Shown: in pieces, positions 1 through 9,883 of the stretch
Layout of the letters: every line of letters begins with the position of its first letter
Position numbering within the stretch: position 1 is the stretch's first letter
DNA from: an uncultured virus (IMG/VR IMGVR_UViG_2706794521_000001)
Taxonomy: Duplodnaviria; Heunggongvirae; Uroviricota; Caudoviricetes
Direction: 5' to 3' (one strand)
Virus record (IMG/VR): IMGVR_UViG_2706794521_000001
Coordinates: 1 to 64,000 of that record
Length of the DNA: 64,000 nucleotides
Made by a program: the position numbers and the translations under genes
The notes under the pieces: generated by a model
Databases searched by the model: none
Told to the model about the DNA's origin: nothing
The model's input: the letters and a program-made list of their open reading frames with translations, nothing else

Positions 1-234
1 TCAAAGCCCACTGGCTCCGGCCGGACGATTTTTGGCGTTAAAGATCTCGCCGCTCAGAGCCAGTCTCAAATCTTCGGCGCTGAGCTGACCACTTTCAAAT
101 AAATCCATCACCCTGCGGCCGAGCAGTTCTCTGCCTGGATCTCCATCAGCGAGGCCTAGTTCACGGCATCGGGCATCGAGTGCCTTGGTCAACATGGTCA
201 GATCGGCAGGACAGGCAACCCCTTGAAGCGACAT
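1..234 (-). CDS. small hypothetical protein (rhizobial accessory type)
   Basis: ORF 1..270; likelier start MSLQGVACPADL at 234. Confidence 0.5.
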   Translation of the reverse strand: MSLQGVACPADLTMLTKALDARCRELGLADGDPGRELLGRRVMDLFESGQLSAEDLRLALSGEIFNAKNRPAGASGL

Positions 235-402
235 TGCATCTCTCCCGGACAGGGCGAAAGCGCGTGGCATCTTCGAAGCGTCCGCTCGCCCTTACAACTG
301 CGGACGACGGCAATTCAACTACAGCCAACCTTTTTCGAACTCAACATTCAAACGTACCAAAACGCCGCGCGCTCCAATGGGAGGATCCTGCTACAATACG
401 GT

Positions 403-576
403 ATGGCCGTCCGAATAGCGGTTGTCCTCGCGCTTCTTTTCGCCTTCGCCTACGGTTTCGCAAAACTCGCGGAACATTATGGCAGCGTTGGCGACAGGCC
501 CTCTCCGTGTGAAGAATTGCCCTATCCTGATTGTCCTGACCAAAAAGCTCCTCCCCGGGAAGAAACTGAGCCTTGA
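403..576 (+). CDS. small secreted/membrane hypothetical protein
   Basis: MAVRIAVVLALLFAFAYGFAKL hydrophobic N-terminus inside ORF 223..576. Confidence 0.35.
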   Translation: MAVRIAVVLALLFAFAYGFAKLAEHYGSVGDRPSPCEELPYPDCPDQKAPPREETEP

Positions 577-982
577 GCGCGCGCCTGTTCAGGCCAGGCC
601 AGCCGTCGGGATTGAATTAGTTCTTTCCAACCGACGGTTGGTGGACGCATTGCAGCTGATGCGCCTAGGGTTCACTACGATCCGCGCGCACCGGGCATGC
701 CCAACCCCCGAGTCACCCCTGCCTGATGCAAGGCGCCTGATCGAGTCCCGCCGTTCTGGCATGTGCGGCGGGACCTTTTCTTGTTGAAGCTGGAATACGG
801 GCTCACGATAAAGGTTGGCGTACGCAGCAAAGCTTACCTAGCCGTTACCGCGCGGTTTCTCGGTGGGCTTCTGGCTAGACGCCAGCCTCCGTGCCTCGCG
901 CACGAGTGATGCGTGATCGGTTCCCTCGATGAGATCACGCCTGCGTATGTTGCGCTGGCTGCAGTGCGGCTATTGTCTGTAC

Positions 983-1007
983 AGCCAGTTTTGGGGGAAA
1001 ACTGGCT
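983..1007. terminator. hairpin just 3' of the tRNA, probable terminator
   Basis: AGCCAGTTTT-GGGGG-AAAACTGGCT perfect 10-bp stem. Confidence 0.5.
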
Positions 1008-1024
1008 AAGCCCTTGGATTTTAA

Positions 1025-1101
<77 letters not shown>

Positions 1102-1202
1102 GACCGCGGAAAGCCCTATATTCTCAGGGGTTGCGGCGCAAGAGGGAAAACGGCGCATTAGAACAGAACCCGATCAAGCCGGGTGAATATCGGGGGAACC
1201 AG

Positions 1203-1230
1203 ACGAAAAGTCCCACGAAAAGTCCCACGA
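1203..1230. repeat. 12-bp tandem direct repeat ACGAAAAGTCCC x2 + ACGA, candidate integrase arm-type sites
   Basis: Seen directly about 100 bp upstream of the tRNA; function inferred. Confidence 0.55.
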
Positions 1231-1232
1231 GC

Positions 1233-1247
1233 GTTCGCGAGTCGTTC
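1233..1247. promoter_or_regulatory. alphaproteobacterial LexA (SOS) box GTTC-N7-GTTC
   Basis: GTTC-GCGAGTC-GTTC exact match; near match GAAT-N7-GAAC at 1185-1199. Confidence 0.5.
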
Positions 1248-1257
1248 TGTGGATAAG

Positions 1258-1599
1258 TCAGGCTGGATCCGCGCGCGCCCGGCCAACCCTTTGGCGCCAT
1301 TCTTGGCGCTCCCGCGGCCATTCCGAATGCTCGCGGGTCAATGTGTGACAGGTCAGGCCGATTCTCTTGTCGGGGCGGCCTGCCGCTCGGCATTTCGGAC
1401 AGAAGAAATAAGGCGCGATATCCTGGACCAGGCAGGAATGGTCAAAGCCGATGCGCTGGCCGAGCGCTACCAGGTTCAGCCGGCTCGAATGATGGCAGCC
1501 GGTGTTGAGGCAATGGATGTCGAATTCCTCGCCCATGGCCAAGGCCTTGCCGATCGTGTCGATCGACAGGGGGAAGGTGATCTCGGGCAGGCGGAGCAT
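1258..1599 (-). CDS. small Zn-ribbon-like hypothetical protein
   Basis: CLNTGCHH...CPKC motifs. Confidence 0.7.
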   Translation of the reverse strand: MLRLPEITFPLSIDTIGKALAMGEEFDIHCLNTGCHHSSRLNLVALGQRIGFDHSCLVQDIAPYFFCPKCRAAGRPDKRIGLTCHTLTREHSEWPRERQEWRQRVGRARADPA

Positions 1600-1688
1600 G
1601 GCGCCGATATAGGGCCGGCCCTTGACGATCGCCAGTGCAGCGCCAGGTCGATCATCGAAACTGTCGAACGGCTAACCCGCGATTCGCG

Positions 1689-1910
1689 TTAGGCCGCTAT
1701 GCCGCCTTCGCGGTTCTCCATCGCTTCAAAGATTACCTCGAACACGCTGCCGACCTCCTGGTAGATTTCCTCATCGCCGATGCCCTGCCTATGAGCGGCC
1801 TGCATCGCCTGGTCGGCAAGGTCGCTGATGGCGATTGGATCGTCTGTCATTGCATCCGGCAGGTGTTCTGCAATCCATTTGTCGAGGAAGTTGATCGCGC
1901 GTGTGCTCAT
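1689..1910 (-). CDS. DUF768-family protein
   Basis: MSTRAINFLDKWIAEHL N-terminus characteristic of rhizobial DUF768. Confidence 0.75.
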   Translation of the reverse strand: MSTRAINFLDKWIAEHLPDAMTDDPIAISDLADQAMQAAHRQGIGDEEIYQEVGSVFEVIFEAMENREGGIAA

Positions 1911-1951
1911 AGGGCCATAAGGCGGGACGAGGCGTTAGGTTCCTGGGAGCT

Positions 1952-2851
1952 TCAACTATCCTCGTCCCCAAAACCCAGCAGTGACGCATGGCGTATGTGG
2001 CTGTGGTCGCCGCGAAGATGCTTTACCCGCAGCTTCAGCCCGGGCTCCACCCACTCCGTATCCGGTCGCTTGCGCATCTCCTTCGGCGGCGGCCCTGCAC
2101 GTTCCTTGACGCGCTTCCATAGCCGGTCCTTCATGTCGCGGCCTAAGGTGATGAAGGCTGAACCGACATATTTCCCGGTGCCGGGCTCTGCCAGCAGTGC
2201 GAATGCTGCCTTGCCACGCTCGCGCTCGATGCCGAGTAGTTCGAATTCGTCGATGGTGAAGCTCTTCGTCTTCAGCCAATTCGATGTTGGGCCGCTCCGA
2301 TACGGGCTGTCGGCGCGCTTCGAGACGATCCCTTCGAGCCCCGCCTGGTCGGCGAGGTAGAATATCGCCTTGGGGTCGCCTGGTATGGCCTCACTGAACT
2401 GGATCCTACTGTTCGGCTTGATGATGCCGAAAAGAAGCTCCCTGCGTGCCTTGCAGCCGATGTCGCGCAAATCGTGGCTGTCGAGGTGCATGATGTCGAA
2501 GGCGCCGAGGATCATGGCGTAGGGATCGCTGTGGACAGCCTTCTGCAGCGCGTCGAAGTCTGGCAGCCCGGCCTTGTTCGTGACCACCGCCTCGCCCTCG
2601 AAGATCGCGTTTTCGACGTCGAGCTCGCGCGCCGCTTCAACGATGCCAGTGAACTTGCTGGTCCAATCGGCGCCGGATTTGGTGAAGACCCGGATATCGT
2701 CGGGACTGTTGATGACGACCTGGGCGCGATAGCCATCGAGCTTGATCTCGTGAATCCAGTGTTCACCCTCGGGTGGCTTTGAAACCAGCTTGGGCTCCAT
2801 CGGCGGAATGAACTCGAGGCGGCCGCCGCCGGTACTTACAATTTTACGCAC
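1952..2851 (-). CDS. ATP-dependent DNA ligase (LigD/LigC-type ligase domain)
   Basis: EIKLDGYR adenylation motif, EGEAVV, AFDIMHL, GLEGIVSKRADSPYRSG, WLKTK. Confidence 0.92.
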   Translation of the reverse strand: MRKIVSTGGGRLEFIPPMEPKLVSKPPEGEHWIHEIKLDGYRAQVVINSPDDIRVFTKSGADWTSKFTGIVEAARELDVENAIFEGEAVVTNKAGLPDFDALQKAVHSDPYAMILGAFDIMHLDSHDLRDIGCKARRELLFGIIKPNSRIQFSEAIPGDPKAIFYLADQAGLEGIVSKRADSPYRSGPTSNWLKTKSFTIDEFELLGIERERGKAAFALLAEPGTGKYVGSAFITLGRDMKDRLWKRVKERAGPPPKEMRKRPDTEWVEPGLKLRVKHLRGDHSHIRHASLLGFGDEDS

Positions 2852-2918
2852 CCAATGAATTGTAGGTACAAAGGTTATATTAGCCAGGGTGAACAGAACG
2901 TGATTCGGCGGAAGCCGA

Positions 2919-3281
2919 TCAGTTCAGCGCCGCCGGTTGCCCCGGCCTGAAGCCCTTCAGAGCTGCGGCGATGCCCATCATCAACGATTGCTCGGGGTAG
3001 GGCAGCGTGCGCGATTCGCCGTCTTCGTCACTGACGCCGCAAATGGGAAGGACTTCATAGTCCCCTTCGAACGGCGTGCTTTCGCCATTAGCAAGGAAGT
3101 CATATTCCGGGAAGCAGCCTTTCAGGAACACCTCGACCTCGCGCAAGGCCGCTGCGGAGCGAGCTCCGGTCGGCGCCAGGATGACGAAGCTGTCGACCTC
3201 GTCCCCGGCAGGCATGCCGGAAATATGGATGGCGAGATGCATGAGAAACCCCTTGGATGTTCCCATTCCGTTCACGATCAA
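2919..3281 (-). CDS. hypothetical protein
   Basis: 120-aa ORF; start uncertain. Confidence 0.5.
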   Translation of the reverse strand: MIVNGMGTSKGFLMHLAIHISGMPAGDEVDSFVILAPTGARSAAALREVEVFLKGCFPEYDFLANGESTPFEGDYEVLPICGVSDEDGESRTLPYPEQSLMMGIAAALKGFRPGQPAALN

Positions 3282-3311
3282 GCGACGGTGTCAATCCCAG
3301 CGGCGAAACGC

Positions 3312-3346
3312 AAAAAGGCCCGCCGCACCTTTCGGCACGGCGGGCT
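3312..3346 (-). terminator. intrinsic terminator ending the late operon
   Basis: GCCCGCCG...CGGCGGGC stem followed by a T run on the minus strand. Confidence 0.75.
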
Positions 3347-3374
3347 ATGTTGATTTTTGCGACCAGATCGGAGG

Positions 3375-3599
3375 TCAGTCGACCGGCGAGAAGTCGACGT
3401 AGTAGCTCTTGCCGATCACAAGTTGCTCAGCCGCCTTCGGGTTGTCGATCTGGAACTCGGCATGACCCGACGGTGTCGCCTTCTGGAACGAAAGATCCTC
3501 GGCGACCTTCTGATCGTACTCGCATCGGAAGATCGCTTTCGCGCCGCCCCAAGCCTGAGCGAACACGTTCTCCAGTCGCATTTTTGCACGAATGCCCAT
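3375..3599 (-). CDS. conserved small phage protein (74 aa)
   Basis: MGIRAKMRL...FQKATPSGHAEFQIDNPKAAEQLVIGKSYYVDF; GGAG RBS. Confidence 0.75.
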   Translation of the reverse strand: MGIRAKMRLENVFAQAWGGAKAIFRCEYDQKVAEDLSFQKATPSGHAEFQIDNPKAAEQLVIGKSYYVDFSPVD

Positions 3600-3649
3600 C
3601 TCTTCATCTCCATGAGTGGGGGTTGCCCGGAGCCGCCGGGCGCGGATTG

Positions 3650-4180
3650 CTACGGCGCTTCCGGGGTCAGCGGCGTCAGCGTCGCGGGCGCCGGCACGAT
3701 GTCGAAATAGACGGTCGGCGCCGTTACCTCGATCGGGAAGGCCAGCTTCTGCATGACGTTGCAGGTGTAGGTGAAGCGCGCCTCGTAGTGCGCGCGGCCA
3801 AGCGCGGTCGCCAGCGGGATGGTGATCGATCGCTGATAGGTCTCGCGGCCTTCCGGCGGGTAGCCGTCGATCAGCGGCCGGCGGCCGACCGTGTAGGTCG
3901 AGGGCACATGCACGGTGCCATCCGAATCGGTGACGTAGCGCTCGACGGTCGCCGCGCAGATGCGGTTCTGGATCACCGTGTACTGGACGTCGAGCACGCC
4001 GCCCTGCGGCACCTGCTGCGTCAGCACCGTCGCGCTTTCGAAGACGGTCGGCGGTTCCCTGTCGAGCACCGAAGAGATCATGCTGGCGAGGCCGACCGCG
4101 GCGAAGATGGTCATCAGGAAGACGATGGCCGCAGGCGCGCTCATCTTGCGCCAGAAGCCTTCCACCGATCGCTGTAGCAT
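3650..4180 (-). CDS. membrane-anchored hypothetical protein of the lysis region
   Basis: N-terminal TM then DREPP and a beta-rich domain; start overlaps the upstream stop. Confidence 0.7.
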   Translation of the reverse strand: MLQRSVEGFWRKMSAPAAIVFLMTIFAAVGLASMISSVLDREPPTVFESATVLTQQVPQGGVLDVQYTVIQNRICAATVERYVTDSDGTVHVPSTYTVGRRPLIDGYPPEGRETYQRSITIPLATALGRAHYEARFTYTCNVMQKLAFPIEVTAPTVYFDIVPAPATLTPLTPEAP

Positions 4181-4500
4181 TATTGCTTGCCTCCGGAGAA
4201 ATAGGCCAAGACCTGGTTGAGAGCGACCAGCGTGCCGGCCACAATCAACAGCAACTTGACGGCCGTCTTGGCGATCCAGCTGACCCGCGTCCATAGTTCG
4301 ACGACCTGAAAGCCGGCCTTGAACTTCTCCTCCTCGAGGGCGAGGAACAGCTCTAGCCGGTCCAATTGCCACTTCGGCAATTTGCCGAGGCGGATGAAGT
4401 TGTCCCGTTCGGCCGAGTTTAGCCTGTCCAGCCATCCCACTGTCTCCGTGTCGATGTCGAGGAGTCTGCGTGGCACCTTCCGGTCTTCGGCATCATTCAT
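4180..4500 (-). CDS. single-TM membrane protein of the lysis region
   Basis: C-terminal hydrophobic helix AVKLLLIVAGTLVAL. Confidence 0.65.
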   Translation of the reverse strand: MNDAEDRKVPRRLLDIDTETVGWLDRLNSAERDNFIRLGKLPKWQLDRLELFLALEEEKFKAGFQVVELWTRVSWIAKTAVKLLLIVAGTLVALNQVLAYFSGGKQ

Positions 4501-4519
4501 TTCAGCTCCCTCGTCCGCC

Positions 4520-4786
4520 TTACCGGGTCAACACTTTAACGTTTCCGGCCAGCGCCTTATGGCGCTTTCCGCAATCGCCGAGGGAAAGGCGATCTTGCGA
4601 CCAAAGCCGTGTCGTTTCATCGAGCGACATGTCCCGATGCGGAACCGCAACGACCGTGTTGCAGTCCGCGAGCAGCCCGGCATCGACATGCCTCTTTGGC
4701 GGGTCAACGACCGACGGCATCGAGCTGTGTTGACACCCGGCCAGGAACAGCAACGCGGCAAGCGCCAGCGCCTTTGGGATTGGCAT
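4520..4786 (-). CDS. o-spanin (Rz1-like lipoprotein)
   Basis: Lipobox LAGC after a signal peptide; overlaps the 3' end of the i-spanin. Confidence 0.85.
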   Translation of the reverse strand: MPIPKALALAALLFLAGCQHSSMPSVVDPPKRHVDAGLLADCNTVVAVPHRDMSLDETTRLWSQDRLSLGDCGKRHKALAGNVKVLTR

Positions 4787-5192
4787 CCGTCTTTTCCTTC
4801 TCGGCTCTCAGAGCGTCTTCCAGAGCAGCGATCGCGACCTTGTCTAGGACGCGCTTGTCGAAATAGTTTTGGGAGATGGCATCGAGCTCGGCCTGGTCCG
4901 CGGCCGCCTTGGCGGTTTCAGCAGCGAGTGCCTTGCGCTGCTGTTCCTGCCAGACCAGGCGCTCGTTCAGTTGCCCTTTCGCATATTCACGATCGACGCG
5001 GCCGTCGACGAGGCCGGCGAGCGCCGGACCGGCGTAGGGGATGTAGCGCAGCGGGCCGATCGGCACGCCTTCGTAGGCGACGACGATGCCGCCGGCGACG
5101 ACCAGGGGCAGTCCGACGCGGGAAGTGGCGAAGGTCCAGATCGGGCCAAGGACCGCGAGTAAAGGAGCGAGGAATGGAGCGAGAGCAATCAT
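4704..5192 (-). CDS. i-spanin (Rz-like)
   Basis: N-terminal TM, helical periplasmic region, C-terminal Cys; overlaps the lipoprotein gene. Confidence 0.8.
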   Translation of the reverse strand: MIALAPFLAPLLAVLGPIWTFATSRVGLPLVVAGGIVVAYEGVPIGPLRYIPYAGPALAGLVDGRVDREYAKGQLNERLVWQEQQRKALAAETAKAAADQAELDAISQNYFDKRVLDKVAIAALEDALRAEKEKTDANPKGAGACRVAVPGRVSTQLDAVGR

Positions 5193-5524
5193 TCGCCAGT
5201 TCCCTTGGGAGGCTCAGTCTGTACCGTGATCGTTTGGGCCGGCGCTGGCGTCGGATCGACCGGCGGGTCTGCATATGGCCGGGCCGCTCGAGTCGTGTAG
5301 ATGGCCACCACGTCCTGCATGGTCGCGAAGCCGGTATAGCCGAAGACAAGCACCATGATGATCAGTTGCCAGCCCCAAGCAATCGTCTCGTTGACGCGCG
5401 TGTCGGGCGCGTTGATCAGGATGAAAAGCTGGTAGCAGGCCCAGACGAGCGTCGCGTAGAGCATAACCCTCCGCCACAGCCACGACGGTTCGCCGTTCTT
5501 CCGCCGCTCGATCTGGGGCGCCAT
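5189..5524 (-). CDS. holin (2 TM)
   Basis: Two TM segments; lies between endolysin and spanins. Confidence 0.7.
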   Translation of the reverse strand: MAPQIERRKNGEPSWLWRRVMLYATLVWACYQLFILINAPDTRVNETIAWGWQLIIMVLVFGYTGFATMQDVVAIYTTRAARPYADPPVDPTPAPAQTITVQTEPPKGTGE

Positions 5525-5526
5525 TG

Positions 5527-6042
5527 TCAGGCCTCGTTCCTCGACAACGTCCCGTCGCTGTTGAGCACCGGCAAGTTGTAGCGCTCGGCCAGCGGCGCCG
5601 TGCCTGGCCAGCGGAAGCCCTTGATGCGTGCATTCGGGCCGGAGAGGGCGAACGGTTTGATCGACACCATGTCGCCCTGGTTGCCGCCCAGCACCATGAT
5701 GTTGCCGTGCTGATCCTTGCCGACGACGAAACCGACATGGCCGAGGCCGCTGCTCGGTGAATTGCGCCAGAAAATGACAATGCAGCCGAGGGCGGGCCTA
5801 TCGAGTTTGACGGGAAGGTGCAGCCAGGCTTGCGAAGACGCGCCGCCAGCGACCGGCTTGATGCCCGCTTCGGCGAGCATGCCGCCAACGAACGCACCGC
5901 ACCAAGGCGTCTCATCGTCCCTGATGCCGGTGCCGACATCCTTGAACCAGTCGAGGATGTTCGGGTTGTGGTGCGGGCCGTGGATTTCGCGCTGCCCGAC
6001 ATAGGCGCGCGCCTTCTGCAGCCAGAGGGGATCCGGCATCAT
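5527..6042 (-). CDS. endolysin, TIGR02594 (NlpC/P60/CHAP-like) family
   Basis: DDETPWCGAFV, GHVGFVVG, VLGGNQGD motifs. Confidence 0.9.
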   Translation of the reverse strand: MMPDPLWLQKARAYVGQREIHGPHHNPNILDWFKDVGTGIRDDETPWCGAFVGGMLAEAGIKPVAGGASSQAWLHLPVKLDRPALGCIVIFWRNSPSSGLGHVGFVVGKDQHGNIMVLGGNQGDMVSIKPFALSGPNARIKGFRWPGTAPLAERYNLPVLNSDGTLSRNEA

Positions 6043-6065
6043 GGCAGTTCTCCTATTGTTGTGAG

Positions 6066-7085
6066 TTACCGGCTGTCCGTGCCAGCGCCGCCCTTGGGCT
6101 GCTTCAGCCCGAGCGAAGTCGTGAAGCCGGCGCCCTTCGAAATCGAGTGGCCGACGGTATCAATCTGGTAGGAGCCGTCGATCCCCGGGCGGGCGCCTGA
6201 GACCGTGCAGATTGCTTCGGGTTCGGCGACGGCATTGCCGATGATAGTGACGTTGCCGCCACCCTTCTCGCGGTCCGATTCCTTGCCGTGCGCCTCGCCC
6301 TTCTTCTTGGCCTGGGCCTCGTTGGCGACAGTGACCAGTGCGCGGAGCTTGCTGTCGACATCGGCAATCCCGGTGTCGACCTCCACCTCGACGCGCTGGC
6401 CTTTGGCCCGGTCGAAGTAGGAGAGGGCGACCTTATTGAACTTAGGCCGGCTGATGATCGGGGAGATGTCCCATTCCAGCAGGTTATCGCCCCACCGAGC
6501 GGCGATCGGCGTCAGCGGCCGGCCAGAGGACGAGATGCCCTCATTGCGCGGGGACAGGAAGCCTCGCGACCCGATGATCTTCAGCGTCCCGCCGACCTCG
6601 CGCGCGATGCGCTGGCCCCACGAGACGAAGCTTTCGTTCTGCTGGATCCAGTAGTCGCGCTCGACCGACGCGAGCGAGCCGAGGACCTGCATCTGGATGC
6701 CGGCCTTCTCGCCCCATTCCGACGCGACGCTTTGCAGCGTTGCATGATCTTTGTGCCGCAACGACGGCTGCTTGGCCTTGCCGCCATGGTCGATCGAGCT
6801 GGCCGTGACTTTGATCTCACGCCCGGAGCCTTTGCTGCCGGTGCTGTTGGCGTCGGAAACGAAGCCTTCGAACGCCCAATTGCCGTTGATCTCGACGGTG
6901 ACCGTGGCGCGCTCCCGCGGCAACAGCACAAGGCCATCCTTGTCGGCCAGAACCATGCTGCAGGAATCGGAGGCCTCGCCAGCCGATCGCTGGATCTCGA
7001 CGCTTTTCAGCAGCGGTCGGAAGCGGCTTGTGACGTCCTGGCCGGCGATTGTCACCTTGTAGTTGCCCTGGATGAAGAAGTTCAC
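6066..7085 (-). CDS. P2 GpD-like baseplate hub (late control D)
   Basis: QQNESFVSWGQRIAREVG; C-terminal GIDGSYQIDTVGHSI. Confidence 0.88.
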   Translation of the reverse strand: MNFFIQGNYKVTIAGQDVTSRFRPLLKSVEIQRSAGEASDSCSMVLADKDGLVLLPRERATVTVEINGNWAFEGFVSDANSTGSKGSGREIKVTASSIDHGGKAKQPSLRHKDHATLQSVASEWGEKAGIQMQVLGSLASVERDYWIQQNESFVSWGQRIAREVGGTLKIIGSRGFLSPRNEGISSSGRPLTPIAARWGDNLLEWDISPIISRPKFNKVALSYFDRAKGQRVEVEVDTGIADVDSKLRALVTVANEAQAKKKGEAHGKESDREKGGGNVTIIGNAVAEPEAICTVSGARPGIDGSYQIDTVGHSISKGAGFTTSLGLKQPKGGAGTDSR

Positions 7086-7088
7086 CGG

Positions 7089-7322
7089 TCAGTCCCATAG
7101 CCTGATCACGTCGCTCTTTTTCGCCTGGTCGCTGATCTCTTCCACGGGCAGCTTGACGATGCTGCCGACGGTCAGGAAAGGGGATTGGAGGGAGAGATCC
7201 TGGTTGAAGGCCAGCACGCGCTCGAGGTAGCCGACAGGCTGCCGGCGCAGCAGGCGCCAGATGACCTGCGACAGCGTCATGTGCTCGGACTTGATTGTCT
7301 CTGCGATGAACTTCTCGGTCAC
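7089..7322 (-). CDS. P2 GpX-like tail protein (LysM-like)
   Basis: ERVLAFNQDL...GSIVKLP...IRLWD. Confidence 0.88.
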   Translation of the reverse strand: MTEKFIAETIKSEHMTLSQVIWRLLRRQPVGYLERVLAFNQDLSLQSPFLTVGSIVKLPVEEISDQAKKSDVIRLWD

Positions 7323-7741
7323 TGGAAGAGCCTCAGGATAGACGATGCCATGCCGATCCCGGGCGAGCCGACACGAATGAGCTCGACCGTGAACTGGACC
7401 TCGCGGCCGACACCCTTGTGATCGAGGTAGCCGCTCTGGTTGGTGATGCCCTGGATCAGCACCCAGCCCAGCGGCGTGAAGTCGCCGCGCATGAGCGGCA
7501 ACGGGATCGAAGCCGCCCGGGCCGCCTCGAGGGTCGCCAGTGTGCCGAGCCCACCGAAGTGCTCGGGATGGATGACCCCCGTGAGCGTGAACGTGCTCTC
7601 GTCGTCGCCCATCGATTCGTAGACCGGCGCGACCCCGACGACCTCATGCTTGGCGAATGACGATGCCGTCTTGCTCTCGGTCTCGGTCAAGTTGGTGACC
7701 AGGTCGAACACGACCGGACCAAGCGACATCAAGGCGGTCAT
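7319..7741 (-). CDS. P2 GpU-like tail protein
   Basis: LMSLGPVVF, FTLTGVIHPEHFGG, LMRGDFTPLGW. Confidence 0.88.
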   Translation of the reverse strand: MTALMSLGPVVFDLVTNLTETESKTASSFAKHEVVGVAPVYESMGDDESTFTLTGVIHPEHFGGLGTLATLEAARAASIPLPLMRGDFTPLGWVLIQGITNQSGYLDHKGVGREVQFTVELIRVGSPGIGMASSILRLFQ

Positions 7742-9876
7742 GGCACAACTCCGAAATCGGAGTGAGCACGGCGGATCTGCGCGTCGACGGCCGAGTGGGC
7801 GTTAGCGGCGGCCGTTGCGGCTTGCGTCAGGGTGGCTACCAGCTGCCTGGCAGCTGCAAGCGCAGCCTGAATGGAGGACTGATCGACGGTTGGCGTCGCG
7901 GTGACGGAGAGCGCATCCTTCATTTCAGCACCGGCCTGTTTGGCTTCAGCGACGCCAGGCGGCGGCGCAGCGCCCCGGCCGACGCGATGCCACCCGCCCT
8001 CGAAGGGAACGCCGTCGAACATCCGGTGATAGTTGTCGCGGTCCTGCGTGGCGCCCTGCGAATAGACCTTCGGTGGCGGCAAGCGATTGTCCCTCGCATT
8101 GGACGCCGACGTGTCGCGGATAAATTTCCAGACGGCCGCGCCACCCACTAGAGCGCCTAACGCCCAAGGGTTCATCAGCATGGCACCAATGCCTCTCTTG
8201 CCGGCGGCACCTGCAGCTGCACCACCAACCACACCACCGCCGCCCTGGGCGACCGCCGCTGCCGTCAAGGCCGCCGCTGCGCTGTTGAGGGCAGCACCGG
8301 CGGTGATCAGACCGTAGATGCCCGCCGCGACCTTCCATGTGCCATAGGCGGCCACGCCGGCACCCAACACGCCCATGCCGCCCAGCACGCGAGGGTCGCC
8401 CTTGCCGACCATCTCTGCGAAGGAATTGATGGTGCCGGCCAGCGAGTTGAGCGCCGGCACGATCACCGGCATAACGGTTTCACCGACGGAGGCAGACAGG
8501 TTCCGCAGCGATTCCTGGAAGCCGCGATAGGCGACGAACGGGTCCTGGTCCTTCGCGCTATCGGCCGCATCCGTGCCCATGCCGCGATTGTAGAGGCCGA
8601 CCAGGCGCTCAATCTGCGGCATCTGGGTGATGAGGCGTGTAAGCAGCCCGGTGGCGCTCGAATTGCGCGAGAGCCCAGAGACCGCCTTGGCAACGGCCGT
8701 ATCGTTGTTGATGTCGACACCGTCTTGCTTCAGAGCGGGCACAAGGTACTTTTTCACCCACGCGTAGGGATTGGTGCCGAACAGATCGGAGTCGACCAGG
8801 TTGCCCTTGCCCTCGCCGGTGCGTAGTCCCATCCGCCGCTGCTCGGCAAGGTTCGGCTTGCTGGCATTGTCGCCGGCGCCGATTACGAACGACTTGTAGG
8901 CCATGGCGAGCGCGGTGCCGGCGCCGTCGGCGCCCATGTCCTGGATCATCGCCGGAGCGACTGTGGCAAGGAATTCAGGGCTTAGGCCGGGACCGGCAAT
9001 GCGCGAACGCCTGGCGAAAGACCACATCGAGCCGACATCGAAATCGTTGCCTTCGATCTGCGATGCCTTCACGAAGGCGTCGATCAGCGTGTTGACGTTC
9101 TTGACGCCTTCAGCGCCGGCTGCGTTCGTGCCCAGATTGTCGAGGCCCTTCATCAAGCCCATAAGACTGGTCGTGGCAGCCTCGATGCCCTTAGCGGATT
9201 GCAGGGTGACGAACCCCTGCACCATGCGGTCAAGCACTTCCATGCCGCGTTCGGTGGAGCCCATGGTGTTGCGCGCCGTCCGCGCCATTTCCATGATGTC
9301 GGTGATGTTGACCGATGGATACTTCTGCGAAAGCTGCTGCGAGCGATGGAACATCGTGTCCTGCTCGCCCTGCGGGATGCCCGCCATGCGCTGGCGGAAA
9401 TACTCCCGCTGGCGCTCCGCCGAGGCGCCGATCGCCTCACGGCCGAGCACGCCTGTCATATAGACGCCGGTATAGCCGCCGAGCATCACGTAGGCGGGCC
9501 GCAGGGCCTTCTGGATGCCGCGGCTGATCCGGTTGGCCTCGCGCTCGGTCTCCCGCATGCCGGCGCGGACCTGGGCGAAATGGCCGAGCGTCGCCGACTT
9601 CCAGGCCGAGATCTCGGACTTCTTCAGCGCGGCGGTCAGGCCACGACCGGCGATATCCTTCTGCAGATTGTCCCACGACCGGCGAACGACATCGATCTCT
9701 CGGGCGCCCAGCGCCATTTTTTCGAGCTGCCGCTGGAAGTTCTGCCCCCATTGGGCAGACGACAGGCGCTTGGCCGCCCTCTCGATCGAGGACATGGCGC
9801 CCTCGACCTTCTTGGCCTCGCCGAGACCCATCGCCTGGACGATGAGCTGCAGCCGGCCGACGAGTGTGCGTGCCAT
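7738..9876 (-). CDS. tail tape measure protein
   Basis: Long Ala/Gly-rich helical ORF between the tail chaperone and GpU. Confidence 0.85.
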   Translation of the reverse strand: MARTLVGRLQLIVQAMGLGEAKKVEGAMSSIERAAKRLSSAQWGQNFQRQLEKMALGAREIDVVRRSWDNLQKDIAGRGLTAALKKSEISAWKSATLGHFAQVRAGMRETEREANRISRGIQKALRPAYVMLGGYTGVYMTGVLGREAIGASAERQREYFRQRMAGIPQGEQDTMFHRSQQLSQKYPSVNITDIMEMARTARNTMGSTERGMEVLDRMVQGFVTLQSAKGIEAATTSLMGLMKGLDNLGTNAAGAEGVKNVNTLIDAFVKASQIEGNDFDVGSMWSFARRSRIAGPGLSPEFLATVAPAMIQDMGADGAGTALAMAYKSFVIGAGDNASKPNLAEQRRMGLRTGEGKGNLVDSDLFGTNPYAWVKKYLVPALKQDGVDINNDTAVAKAVSGLSRNSSATGLLTRLITQMPQIERLVGLYNRGMGTDAADSAKDQDPFVAYRGFQESLRNLSASVGETVMPVIVPALNSLAGTINSFAEMVGKGDPRVLGGMGVLGAGVAAYGTWKVAAGIYGLITAGAALNSAAAALTAAAVAQGGGGVVGGAAAGAAGKRGIGAMLMNPWALGALVGGAAVWKFIRDTSASNARDNRLPPPKVYSQGATQDRDNYHRMFDGVPFEGGWHRVGRGAAPPPGVAEAKQAGAEMKDALSVTATPTVDQSSIQAALAAARQLVATLTQAATAAANAHSAVDAQIRRAHSDFGVVP

Positions 9877-9883
9877 CAATGCC

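Noticed and set aside
1209..1228. Similarity of the att-side repeat (AAGTCCCAC) to the operator TAAGTCCCACTGA
   Set aside because: The shared bases include the variable spacer and the palindromic ends are missing; probably coincidence.
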